This document shows, piece after piece, positions 9,924-19,095 of a stretch of 64,000 nt of DNA. The translations under genes and the position numbers were made by a program. The number at the start of each line of letters is the position of its first letter. The stretch's first letter is position 1. Origin of the DNA: an uncultured Aminicenantes bacterium (GTDB lineage: Bacteria; Acidobacteriota; Aminicenantia; UBA2199); assembly GCA_965195285.1 (NCBI GenBank), contig CBDAFS010000003.1:1-64000 (forward strand), in the 5' to 3' direction. The notes beneath the pieces are model-generated. The model was not told where the DNA came from. It did no database searches and saw nothing but the letters and a program-made list of their open reading frames with translations.

Positions 9924-10916
9924 ATGGGGAAATTCATGTTTATCAATCATACTTCAAAAGAAGTAACGGCAAAAATCGTCTATTACGGCCCCGGCTTAAG
10001 TGGAAAGACAACAAATCTGCAATATATATTTTCGGTAACCAATCCCCAATCTAGGGGCGAGCTGGTCAGTATCGAGACCGATATCGAGAGGACCCTGTTT
10101 TTCGACCTCCTGCCGATCAATGTGGGATTGGTGAAAGGATATCAGACCAAATTCCAGCTCTATACCGTGCCCGGCCAAATCTTCTATGATTCAACCCGGA
10201 AACTGGTATTGAAGGGCGCCGATGGAATTGTTTTTGTATGTGATTCCCAGGAACCCATGGAAAAAGCCAATATTGAAAGTCTAAAAAATCTGAAATCAAA
10301 TTTAAAGGAACACAATCAAAATTTGGCTGATCTCCCCTGTGTTTTTCAATACAACAAGAGGGATTTGGGTAATACACTCCCGATCAACGGCCTGAACCAA
10401 CTTCTGAACAATACCAACAGACCTTTTTTTGAAGCCACGGCAACCCGAGGTGAAGGGGTTATTGAAACCCTGCGAGAAATCTCCAGCCTGACTCTTATCC
10501 AGATCAAGAAAACAATCGAACATACTAAAAATATAAAAAAGGAAAGTATTCTTATTGATTTTGATACCAATGAAAACCAGGAAATCATCAAGAAAGAAGA
10601 GCTACCTTTTAAAAAGATCTCGCTGGAAAACATCTCCAGTATAAATGATAATGAATTTATCCTGGACCTTGACCAATTTGATGAAAGAGAGGAAGAGCTG
10701 AAGATCATTGAAAAAACAGTGAAGGATTCAGGCCTTGATCTCCTGAACACAATGGAGGATAAATCAAGAATTACCATTATCAAGAAAGTTCCGCTTCAAA
10801 ATTCCGAACTGTCCATTGTAGTAAAGGATTCCAATTCCAAAACACTGGAATCCATCAACCTGGATGTAAATCCGGAAGTCAAGAAAATCACCCTGATTCT
10901 GGATGTCAAAGACTAA
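9924..10916 (+). CDS. MglA-like small GTPase with C-terminal extension
   Basis: KIVYYGPGLSGKTTNL, RTLFFDLLP, LYTVPGQ, QYNKRDL. Confidence 0.9.
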   Translation: MGKFMFINHTSKEVTAKIVYYGPGLSGKTTNLQYIFSVTNPQSRGELVSIETDIERTLFFDLLPINVGLVKGYQTKFQLYTVPGQIFYDSTRKLVLKGADGIVFVCDSQEPMEKANIESLKNLKSNLKEHNQNLADLPCVFQYNKRDLGNTLPINGLNQLLNNTNRPFFEATATRGEGVIETLREISSLTLIQIKKTIEHTKNIKKESILIDFDTNENQEIIKKEELPFKKISLENISSINDNEFILDLDQFDEREEELKIIEKTVKDSGLDLLNTMEDKSRITIIKKVPLQNSELSIVVKDSNSKTLESINLDVNPEVKKITLILDVKD

Positions 10917-12273
10917 AATCTATATTTCTTTTCTCATTGTACTGACCTTTAATGCCTGCTCCATGGTTCAAAGAAATTCTCCGAAAGCGGAAATCCAGCC
11001 TCTTCCCCCGTATCTGAAAAGAGCTGAAATGCAGTTTCAGAAAGGGGAGAAAAAGTTTTCGGAAGGGGATATCCAAGCTGCCAAATACCATTTTGACCGC
11101 ACCATTAATATTTTACTGGACTCGGATTCAAAAAATCCGTTAATCAACAATCAGTTTAAGAATTATATCGATAAAATTTCAGAAATAGAACTCTATTACC
11201 TTCATTGTATTGAGCCCGATAACCTGGAGGAACACGAGACTTTTCTGCAGGAAGTCATATCCTCTCCCCTATTTGTTCCCAGTGAAAGAGAGATATCAGA
11301 GGTGAAGCAAAAACTTGACCAGAAAAAACCAGAACACACCATCCCCCTTATTGTCAACAGCAATGTGGTCTCGTTTTTGCATGCCTTTCAAACGGTTCGC
11401 AACCAGAGTATTCAGAGAGCATTAAACCGATCGGTAGAGTACTTAGATACCTTTAAGAAAATTTTTAAATCATACGAGCTTCCCGAAGAACTGATTTATA
11501 TTCCCATCATTGAAAGCGGATTCCGCTATAATGCCCTTTCCAGGGCCCGGGCCCGGGGCATGTGGCAATTTATGGCTTCCACAGCCAGAATGTTTGATCT
11601 TAGGGTTGACTGGATAGTCGACGAAAGGCTCGACCCATTCAAGTCTGCCATTGCAGCGGCAAAGTATTTCAAATGTCTGTATGATGAATACGGAGACTGG
11701 TTTTTGGCACTGGCCTGCTATAATGGCGGCACCCGCAGAGTCAACAGAGCCATTTCTCAGCTCAAAACCAGAGACTTTTTCGTAATAGCCCGGACTCGTT
11801 ACCTGAGACGGGAAACCCGAAATTATGTTCCGGCTTTTTTAGCCTCGGTGATTATTGCTCAATCTCCCACAGAATATGGTTTTTTTCTTCCGGAATCATC
11901 TCCCCGGTGGGCCTACACCAAAATCGTTAATATACCGTCTCCGGCAGATCTGCAGGCAGTGGCCAAAATATCCGGTATTGACTTGGAAACCATAAAGGAT
12001 TTGAATCCCGATTTGATCAGAGAATTTACCCCCTTCAACAAGAAATTCCATGCGCTCAGAGTTCCGCTGAATCTGGATGAAAACCTTTTGAAGAACATCA
12101 AGAGACTTCCGCCGGAAAAAGAATATTTCGTAGGCTGGTACCGGGTCAAAAAGGGAGACAGTCTTTATAAAATTGCCAGGAAATTCGGAACCTCTGTCAA
12201 AAAGATAAAAAAGACCAATAAGTTACACTCAAATCTGATCAAACCGGGTAAACAATTGTTAATTCCCCGGTAA
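10903..12273 (+). CDS. mltD: Membrane-bound lytic murein transglycosylase D-like lipoprotein (SLT + LysM)
   Basis: Lipobox FNAC; IIESG, GMWQFM, YNGG, ETRNYVP; C-terminal LysM YRVKKGDSLYKIA. Confidence 0.85.
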   Translation: MSKTKIYISFLIVLTFNACSMVQRNSPKAEIQPLPPYLKRAEMQFQKGEKKFSEGDIQAAKYHFDRTINILLDSDSKNPLINNQFKNYIDKISEIELYYLHCIEPDNLEEHETFLQEVISSPLFVPSEREISEVKQKLDQKKPEHTIPLIVNSNVVSFLHAFQTVRNQSIQRALNRSVEYLDTFKKIFKSYELPEELIYIPIIESGFRYNALSRARARGMWQFMASTARMFDLRVDWIVDERLDPFKSAIAAAKYFKCLYDEYGDWFLALACYNGGTRRVNRAISQLKTRDFFVIARTRYLRRETRNYVPAFLASVIIAQSPTEYGFFLPESSPRWAYTKIVNIPSPADLQAVAKISGIDLETIKDLNPDLIREFTPFNKKFHALRVPLNLDENLLKNIKRLPPEKEYFVGWYRVKKGDSLYKIARKFGTSVKKIKKTNKLHSNLIKPGKQLLIPR

Positions 12274-12307
12274 ACCCCTGCTGGTTACAGCCATAAAAAA
12301 AAACATG

Positions 12308-12329
12308 GGGTCAGGTCTTTCATTTTAGC
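12308..12329. repeat. Solo copy of the RAYT-associated repeat
   Basis: GGGTCAGGTCTTTCATTTTAGC, 22/22 identical to 1317-1338. Confidence 0.85.
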
Positions 12330-12455
12330 ATTTTATTAAAGATGAACTTTAATTAACACTTTCCATCATTCCCTTTTTTTTCGAAATCTGTTGATTGTAT
12401 TATCCCAAATCCACCGCTTGAATTTCCTAATTTGATGAAAAATATGATCAGTAAT

Positions 12456-12525
12456 GGGTAAGGGCAAGCCTTACCCCTACAAAAACATGAATAAAAAATG
12501 TAGGGGCAATCCCTTGCGGTTGCCC
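12456..12525. repeat. Inverted pair of GTAG-family REP hairpins (REPIN-like)
   Basis: Minus-strand GTAGGGGTAAGGCTTGCCCTTACCC (12456-12480) and plus-strand GTAGGGGCAATCCCTTGCGGTTGCCC (12500-12525), each a GTAG tetranucleotide plus a palindrome. Confidence 0.75.
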
Positions 12526-12595
12526 ATCATTACAGGATTGTGGATTTTGGATTATGTCATCTAATTGTTTTTATTTTACTGGTTTGGTATAAGGA

Positions 12596-13648
12596 GTGAT
12601 GATAAGCCAACTAAAATCGATTATCCTGAACGGACTCGATGCAATCCTGACAGATGTTGAAGTGGGATTTTCCCGGGGAATCCCGGGAGTTACCATTGTC
12701 GGACTTCCCGACAATGCCATCAAAGAGAGCCGGGAACGGATCAAACTGGCCATCAAACATGCCGGTTTTGAATATCCGGTAGGCCAGAAAATTGTGGTCA
12801 ACCTGTCACCCGCAGACCTTCGCAAGGAAGGATCTTCCCTGGACCTCCCTATTGCAGTCGGAATATTAAAAAACAAGTATGAACTGAAAAGTCCGGTTTT
12901 CAGAAATTATCTTTTTTTTGGTGAACTCAATCTGAAGGGTGATCTGAATCCGGTCCGGGGTGTTCTGAACCTGGCCTTATTTGCCAAAAAAAACGGCTTC
13001 AAAGGAGTGGTTATTCCTTACAAAAACGGTAATGAAGCGTCTTTTGTCAGCGGAATCGATATCTATGCCTTTGAAAACCTGAAATCCGTAGTGGATTTCA
13101 TTATTGCCCCGGATCAAACGCTGCCGTTCAAGGGATCCCGCATCATCAAAGCCAGTGAAAACCAGGAAGAGGATTTCAGTGAAATCAAGGGACAGTACCT
13201 GGCCAAGCGGGTTATGGAAATTGCGGCTGCCGGTTTTCATAATGTATTGATGATCGGACCGCCCGGATCCGGTAAATCCATGCTATCAAAAGCCTTACCA
13301 TCCATTCTCCCGGATATGGAAGAAGAGGAGACTCTGGAAACCTCATTGATTTACAGTGCTACCGGCTATTTAAACCAGGACAACTACATTGTTTCCAAGA
13401 GGCCCTTCCGTTCTCCCCACCATACCATTTCAGACGTGGGGATCACCGGGGGCGGTAAATATCCGATCCCAGGGGAAATATCACTGGCCCACAATGGTGT
13501 ACTGTTCCTGGATGAACTTCCATACTTTAAAAAAACCGCCTTAGAAGTATTAAGACAGCCCCTGGAAAATGGAGAGATTACCATCTCCCGTTCTCTCACT
13601 ACCCATACATTTCCGGCAAAATTCATGCTGGTTACGGCAATGAATCCC
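12596..13648 (+). pseudogene. comM: ComM/YifB Mg-chelatase-like AAA+ ATPase, 5' part (interrupted by an integrative element)
   Basis: [56 protein letters not shown]; breaks at TAMNP. Confidence 0.95.
13633..13648 (+). repeat. att core, left direct repeat
   Basis: TACGGCAATGAATCCC, identical to 24755-24770. Confidence 0.95.
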
Positions 13649-13774
13649 ATCACTCCGTATTATAACTGAATCTTAGGGGTTTTGGGTAACGTGAGAGTAA
13701 CAGAGAATTTACTATTTTCTCAATATTTAATAAACTGGGTCTTCTGAAAAACCACTAAATTGACCCCCTCCGAT

Positions 13775-13993
13775 TTACTTTTTTAATTTAACAATCTCAA
13801 TTTCTCTTTTAGTGCCACAATGTAAAACTACAACATAATTATTTTCACTTTTTTCCTTTATTTCAAATAGAGAGCAACTCGATATACATTTCCTTTTATT
13901 CATAAAAGGACACATACAATTTCTGTCTCCATCTTTACCATAAACTAAATAATACATATCCTCATCTATTGAATCTAAAAAATAGTCTTGCAT
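13775..13993 (-). CDS. Small Cys-rich hypothetical protein (element cargo)
   Basis: 72 aa with CMCP..C..SC..HC; AGGAGG RBS; upstream TTGAAA-N16-TATAAT. Confidence 0.6.
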   Translation of the reverse strand: MQDYFLDSIDEDMYYLVYGKDGDRNCMCPFMNKRKCISSCSLFEIKEKSENNYVVVLHCGTKREIEIVKLKK

Positions 13994-14078
13994 TTAAACC
14001 TCCTTTTATGGTTTTTAATCTCTCCGCTCCAATTATATTGATGTGAAATTATATTTCAAGTTTATATTTTGAGATATT

Positions 14079-14636
14079 CTATAAAAAGCCTTTTTGTAAT
14101 TCTTTATAAGCATTTAATACATCAAGTAATGCTTGCTTTCTTTTCTTTTTAATTTTCATTTGATGATATTTTGTATCTCCAGAAAATCTAACAGCAATCT
14201 TTTGAGCTTTTGTAATTTTTTCAAGCATAGTAATATAAGATTCAGTTATCAATTTATCATACCACTCGACTCGTCTTGGACTATGAAAAATTTCTGTTTT
14301 TCTTTTTAGTGGATCAAATTCTTTTCTAAATTTCTCATCATCAGCTTTTACAATTATCCTGTTAAAAAAAATCCAACCATTTGGTTCAGCTTGAACTCTT
14401 AATCGTAGCAATACTTTTCCTTCTTCTGTTTTTCCAATATACAAATAAAAGCAATCATTTCTCCTAAGCAGATTCGTGTTACTCTTGGGTGTTAATTTTG
14501 AATGATACCATGTGATTCCTTCCATATCATCTGTTTTTTTTCTCAAATTATACTTTTGCATAAAAACAGATTCATTAAATGTAAAAAGTGATAATACAAA
14601 AAACAATAAGATGATTCCTAAAAATATTTTTTTCAT
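14079..14636 (-). CDS. Exported hypothetical protein (element cargo)
   Basis: Signal peptide, AAGGAG RBS, lies downstream of a terminator. Confidence 0.65.
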   Translation of the reverse strand: MKKIFLGIILLFFVLSLFTFNESVFMQKYNLRKKTDDMEGITWYHSKLTPKSNTNLLRRNDCFYLYIGKTEEGKVLLRLRVQAEPNGWIFFNRIIVKADDEKFRKEFDPLKRKTEIFHSPRRVEWYDKLITESYITMLEKITKAQKIAVRFSGDTKYHQMKIKKKRKQALLDVLNAYKELQKGFL

Positions 14637-14681
14637 CTCTCACTCCTTTTTATTTATATTAATAATACTATATCTTGATAT

Positions 14682-14723
14682 AAAAAAAAAGGGACCCCGC
14701 CCCATTTGTTAGACGGGGATCCC
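14682..14723 (-). terminator. Rho-independent terminator ending the element's main operon
   Basis: Minus-strand GC-rich hairpin GGGATCCCCGTC...GGCGGGGTCCC followed by T9. Confidence 0.75.
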
Positions 14724-14775
14724 CGGAGGTAAATTTATGTTACCACCCTCAAAATTTTGAAGGTTTAATTCTGTA

Positions 14776-15624
14776 TCAATCCACCGGCTGGCCAAAGGGC
14801 ATGTTTGCTCTTTGAGAAAGGGGGTCCCAAAAAGGGTGTGGTTCAGGCTGTGGTGTAAATTCTACCGGGATTAAATCTTTCCCGCTTCCGGATTCCTTAA
14901 ATGCTTTGACATCTTTTGAATAGGCAACGAAGCGGCCCATCGGCTCACCTTCCTTAATAATCACCGTTGCGGAGTTATACGCTCGAACAGAAGCCCCCGG
15001 AAATACTTCAACCCTGGAATTATTGGAAGCCCTGCAGGACTGGCTTGAAGTAAAGATATAGCCGGTTGATTTATCATGCAGATTTGTTTCAGCCCTGCAG
15101 TTACATTCCTGAATAACTTTACTGTCATTATACGCCCAGCATTGACCGCCATTCTGATTGACCTGGGAGCGGTTCAGAGCTACAATCGCCTGACCTTCTG
15201 AGCAGGTAGCTGATCCCTTGTAAATTAAATGAGATTTTGCCCACCCAGAGAGTAACTTCAAACATTCCTTTTTAATTTCATCGATATGAACCCAGCCGGG
15301 AATCTCAAAAGGTTGATGCCGCAACGCAAATTTCCACTGATCAAAAGGTACTAAATAATCAGCATTGACATAACGCACCATTCCACCGGGAGCCATCCTT
15401 AAATCAACTTTGGGTCTCATCTGGCAGGCAACGAACCCCTCAAGCTGGCCAGGCCCCGCCGCCTGGACTTCATGCCAGTCAGTGAAGCCGTAAGTCTGAT
15501 TTAAAAATTCCCTTTCATTAAGAAAATTGCCTCGCCTGTTATAATAATGATCAAACCCGCCTGCCTTTTTCTTTTTTAGGATAATCAAGGCTTTTAGAAA
15601 ACATTCCGACGCTGGCATGGTCAA
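14776..15624 (-). CDS. Hypothetical protein with short beta-solenoid-like repeats
   Basis: Recurring A-x-N/D-x-S-x-V units (ALNRSQV, AYNDSKV, ASNNSRV, AYNSATV). Confidence 0.6.
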   Translation of the reverse strand: MTMPASECFLKALIILKKKKAGGFDHYYNRRGNFLNEREFLNQTYGFTDWHEVQAAGPGQLEGFVACQMRPKVDLRMAPGGMVRYVNADYLVPFDQWKFALRHQPFEIPGWVHIDEIKKECLKLLSGWAKSHLIYKGSATCSEGQAIVALNRSQVNQNGGQCWAYNDSKVIQECNCRAETNLHDKSTGYIFTSSQSCRASNNSRVEVFPGASVRAYNSATVIIKEGEPMGRFVAYSKDVKAFKESGSGKDLIPVEFTPQPEPHPFWDPLSQRANMPFGQPVD

Positions 15625-15968
15625 TCAATTATTGGAATGGCTGGGTTTTGATTCGGATCTGTGTAGTCAATTTCATCTGGCTTCTTTTCAGTTTCATCCG
15701 GTTCTGGTTGAAATAAATCTGAATCTGTAACGATTGCCGGGTTAAATTCCGGATTGCAATAATCAGTTTTTAGATTCAAAAATTCCTGCAAGGTTTTCAT
15801 GGCCCAGCTACCCGCTTTTTCCAAAAGGACATTATCAAGGTACATTTTACCGTCTTCGTTTTGGTTCGGCCATTCTATCAACTGGCCTCCCGGAAGTTCA
15901 AGGGTGTCTGAAAATTCACCCTTTGCCTTTATCATTTGTTTTATTACGGTTTTTTCCTGTGTATACAT
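15621..15968 (-). CDS. Hypothetical acidic protein
   Basis: ORF with GAGGTG RBS, coupled to its neighbours. Confidence 0.6.
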   Translation of the reverse strand: MYTQEKTVIKQMIKAKGEFSDTLELPGGQLIEWPNQNEDGKMYLDNVLLEKAGSWAMKTLQEFLNLKTDYCNPEFNPAIVTDSDLFQPEPDETEKKPDEIDYTDPNQNPAIPIID

Positions 15969-15979
15969 TTTATCACCTC

Positions 15980-16546
15980 TTAATTTTTCCTTATTTCCTG
16001 AGCTATAATCGCATTAAGTTTTTTCCTTTCCTCTGACAAAACCCATTCACCATTTTTTAACACATGGCCGGTTGCTTTCATTCTGATTGCCTGCTCTTCA
16101 AGTTCATAAGGTGTTTTTTCAAAACAGGCAAAGTCCTTTTTCCATACCGCCCACTTTTTATAATATGTTCCCATGGGCTTTTCCTGATCCGCAGGAATCC
16201 GTTTCCAGCCTCCTATTTTTGCAATCTCTTTTTCATGCCCCCTCATTTCCAGGGAGACTTCCTCCAAGCGTACCCTGGCCGCATTGTATAGGCCCTGAAT
16301 CCGGTTCACCTTGTCTTTTTCAATCTCGGCCTCTTTACGCTGTGTCGTTATCTTTTCCAAAGCCTCCAGCCGGGGCTTGTCTTTTTCCGCTTGCTTCTCA
16401 TTTTCCTTTCTTGACTTGTCAAGCCATTTTTGATTTACATCTTTACTCTGATCTGTCATTTTGTCAAAATCAATGTCGCCAACATCCGAAGTTGAAACAT
16501 TGTCTAACGGCTTTTCTTTCTTTCTGAAAATTTTTGGTACTTCCAT
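15980..16546 (-). CDS. Hypothetical coiled-coil protein
   Basis: Charged helical ORF with GGAGGT RBS, directly after the terminase-like gene. Confidence 0.65.
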   Translation of the reverse strand: MEVPKIFRKKEKPLDNVSTSDVGDIDFDKMTDQSKDVNQKWLDKSRKENEKQAEKDKPRLEALEKITTQRKEAEIEKDKVNRIQGLYNAARVRLEEVSLEMRGHEKEIAKIGGWKRIPADQEKPMGTYYKKWAVWKKDFACFEKTPYELEEQAIRMKATGHVLKNGEWVLSEERKKLNAIIAQEIRKN

Positions 16547-16569
16547 AATTTACCTCCCAGTAAATTTAT

Positions 16570-18174
16570 TTAATCTCGGTCGCTGTAGTCATGCTCCGAA
16601 TCGTTGCTTGTGACTACTCGATTAATTTCATCCCCTTTCAATTCTATGATTTTGGTTTTATTCCTTTTTAAATCCCGGTCAAAACTATCATCAATTTGTG
16701 AACCGGGGCGGCCGTTCCCCATTAAACTATTGGGGCCGTATAACGATTCATTTGAATACCCGAAATATCCGCCGCCTGATTGATTATACTTAACGGCATA
16801 AGAACAGACCGCCATTGCATTTGATAAATCGCAATGACTCCCGTCTTTTCCCCTGGGTGATATTACGGTGTCCTTTCCTGAAAGTGTTACTTTCCTTAAT
16901 AAACTTAAAAGCTCATTGCGTAATCTCTCAGAATCCGGAAGCTCAATATTATTATCACTAAATTCCGGGATCAGTAAAATAAAACATTCGCTTGCGTTTT
17001 TATCACTGTATTCAATTTTAATCCCGCACTTATCAAACGCCTCAAAAACCCACTGGCTGCCATATCGATCCGAAAGGCATTTATTAATTTTGTATGATTT
17101 CATGGTCCCTGCAAAACGTTCAGCAACCTCGCTGGGTGTCATTTTACTTTTAACAGGTATGACTTCATCCAAAAGGTCAATGATGATTTTCCCATTCTCT
17201 AAATGAGATATACATAATGAATGGCTGTTAGCCTTGCCGCCGCTCATGTCGATTCCCGCTGAATATGAAAACTCACTCTTATAAGGTAACATTTGACGGC
17301 CCGGTACGATTGCCATATCGATTGAAACTGAATTGAATAAGCTGGATATATCATCCCTGAAAATACTCTCATATTCACAAAGTCCCCTGGCTCGATCTTT
17401 TGCAATCGCCCGGTCTATTTTCTTTTGACTAAATGTCGGATTCATTTTCCTGGTAGTACTCAACCATATTAGAGTTTCAGGATCATCCTTTCCATAGTAT
17501 TGATCATACATAGAAAATAAATAACCTTGACGGGAAAATGCACTTGATATACCAATCAGTAAAGAACCCTCCATGATCCCCGGCTCCAATGCTGTAATCA
17601 CTTCATCCGCTGGGTTTGCAAAGGTCTCTGCATTTTGCCAAAAGGCCAGTTCATCCAAGCATACCACCGGGCCATATAACGGGCCTCTGATTGCACGATA
17701 ATCTGCTACCCGGATCATAATTTTTACCCGTCCAGAATTTAGGGTGATATCCTTTTGCCTTTCAATGTTGATCTCTTTTTTAAAGAGGGGATTTGAGTTA
17801 AGCATACCACTGATAAAATTGTATATAAGACTTGCACCCGTTTTATCCTGAGCCAAAATCGGAAGTATCAACTGTTCACCGATTGCCAGCTTATCCAGGA
17901 ATTGATCTATGCTGAACAAAACTGAATATACAGATATTAGGCTTGTACAAAATGACTTGCCTCCCTTCCTTCCTACAATAGCGTATACTTCTTTAAACTT
18001 CTGATCAGGGGGCTTTGATCTACCAGTACACTTTTTATAGATTTCATATTCCTGATCTGTAAATGGAATGGCATATATTGACTTTAAGAAAGCCCGCCAT
18101 GCAGTCCAAGTTGACATATCTTTAAACAAATAACCCAATAATCCGGGATCATCCATACATTCAATGATATTCAT
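16570..18174 (-). CDS. Terminase large subunit-like protein (ATPase + RNase H-like nuclease)
   Basis: Walker A AIVGRKGGKS, Walker B VCLDELAF, motif III-like GISSA, nuclease acidic motifs GIDMSGG, SDRYG, HCDLSNA. Confidence 0.8.
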   Translation of the reverse strand: MNIIECMDDPGLLGYLFKDMSTWTAWRAFLKSIYAIPFTDQEYEIYKKCTGRSKPPDQKFKEVYAIVGRKGGKSFCTSLISVYSVLFSIDQFLDKLAIGEQLILPILAQDKTGASLIYNFISGMLNSNPLFKKEINIERQKDITLNSGRVKIMIRVADYRAIRGPLYGPVVCLDELAFWQNAETFANPADEVITALEPGIMEGSLLIGISSAFSRQGYLFSMYDQYYGKDDPETLIWLSTTRKMNPTFSQKKIDRAIAKDRARGLCEYESIFRDDISSLFNSVSIDMAIVPGRQMLPYKSEFSYSAGIDMSGGKANSHSLCISHLENGKIIIDLLDEVIPVKSKMTPSEVAERFAGTMKSYKINKCLSDRYGSQWVFEAFDKCGIKIEYSDKNASECFILLIPEFSDNNIELPDSERLRNELLSLLRKVTLSGKDTVISPRGKDGSHCDLSNAMAVCSYAVKYNQSGGGYFGYSNESLYGPNSLMGNGRPGSQIDDSFDRDLKRNKTKIIELKGDEINRVVTSNDSEHDYSDRD

Positions 18175-18243
18175 GTTATACCCTGAATAAAGCCCTTTTA
18201 AATCGATTGTAAGGGGCGATCTCTATCATATCAGTATCATTCA

Positions 18244-18663
18244 TCATGTTTTTTCACCTTTCTGTTTAGATTGAATGTAGTCTTTAAGGGTATTCCCCTT
18301 ATCTGCTTTCCTTTCAAGCCCCAGCTCACGGAGGGACCTTTGAATATTCGCACAAAACCCCAGGTATGAATTAGCCAACACCGGGGTCAACCGCCCGGAC
18401 TGCGTAAAAACTCCCTTTTCAGACACCCAGGATTCTATCAGGACCCGGCAACCAATGAGATTTACTGTTTGGTCAATCAGTATTAATTGAGCCTGGGAAA
18501 GGGTAGACAAACCCCCCAGGTCATTTATGATATTTTCCCGGACCCGGTCTAACTGAGTCTTTAAGTCTTTATGATCCGCTGGCAATATACCGGATTCCTT
18601 AAACCGATAAACTCCATGCTCACCTTTCCGGGGCCGCCCTCTTTTACGCTTTTTATCAATCAT
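18244..18663 (-). CDS. Putative terminase small subunit-like protein with AT-hook
   Basis: KRGRPRK AT-hook; helical body ending SLRELGLER; directly upstream of the TerL-like gene. Confidence 0.55.
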   Translation of the reverse strand: MIDKKRKRGRPRKGEHGVYRFKESGILPADHKDLKTQLDRVRENIINDLGGLSTLSQAQLILIDQTVNLIGCRVLIESWVSEKGVFTQSGRLTPVLANSYLGFCANIQRSLRELGLERKADKGNTLKDYIQSKQKGEKT

Positions 18664-18702
18664 TTTATCTAATTTTTACCTCATTATATCGTTATTATTT
18701 AA

Positions 18703-19014
18703 CTATTTTAATGATATTTTAATAATACGCCCGGTATTCGTTACCCGGTTGTTACTTTTTCTAATCAAACCCCTTGAAACCCTGATATAATCAGGCTTTT
18801 CAATTTCTGACAGGTTCCTTATAGGTAACCAGCACTTATTTATCAAATATAAACAACCTCTAAGCATAAAAAACTGGAAAACGTGTTTGTGATTTTTCTT
18901 TATTAAGAGGGTTGCTGATTGCCTAAAATCAGCTAAACCCTTACTCTCTTTTAAGAGAGTTTTAAAAGATTTTAGCGAAAGTTGAAATGCTTTATTATCA
19001 TTCATTTTAGGCAT
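18703..19014 (-). CDS. Hypothetical basic protein
   Basis: 103-aa ORF co-oriented with the element's operon; no clear RBS. Confidence 0.4.
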   Translation of the reverse strand: MPKMNDNKAFQLSLKSFKTLLKESKGLADFRQSATLLIKKNHKHVFQFFMLRGCLYLINKCWLPIRNLSEIEKPDYIRVSRGLIRKSNNRVTNTGRIIKISLK

Positions 19015-19018
19015 TTTC

Positions 19019-19081
19019 TGTTACAGTTAAGTTAAGTAAACGTTTCACTTAAGTTAAGTAAGTGTTACAGTTAAGTTAAGT
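19019..19081. repeat. Three iteron-like direct repeats with 22-bp period (putative origin)
   Basis: TGTTACAGTTAAGTTAAGT (19019), CGTTTCACTTAAGTTAAGT (19041), TGTTACAGTTAAGTTAAGT (19063). Confidence 0.8.
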
Positions 19082-19095
19082 CTCTCTTTTTTTTA

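Noticed and set aside
19019-19081. Mini CRISPR array
   Set aside because: Repeats are separated by only 3 bp, with no spacers and no cas genes; iterons fit better.
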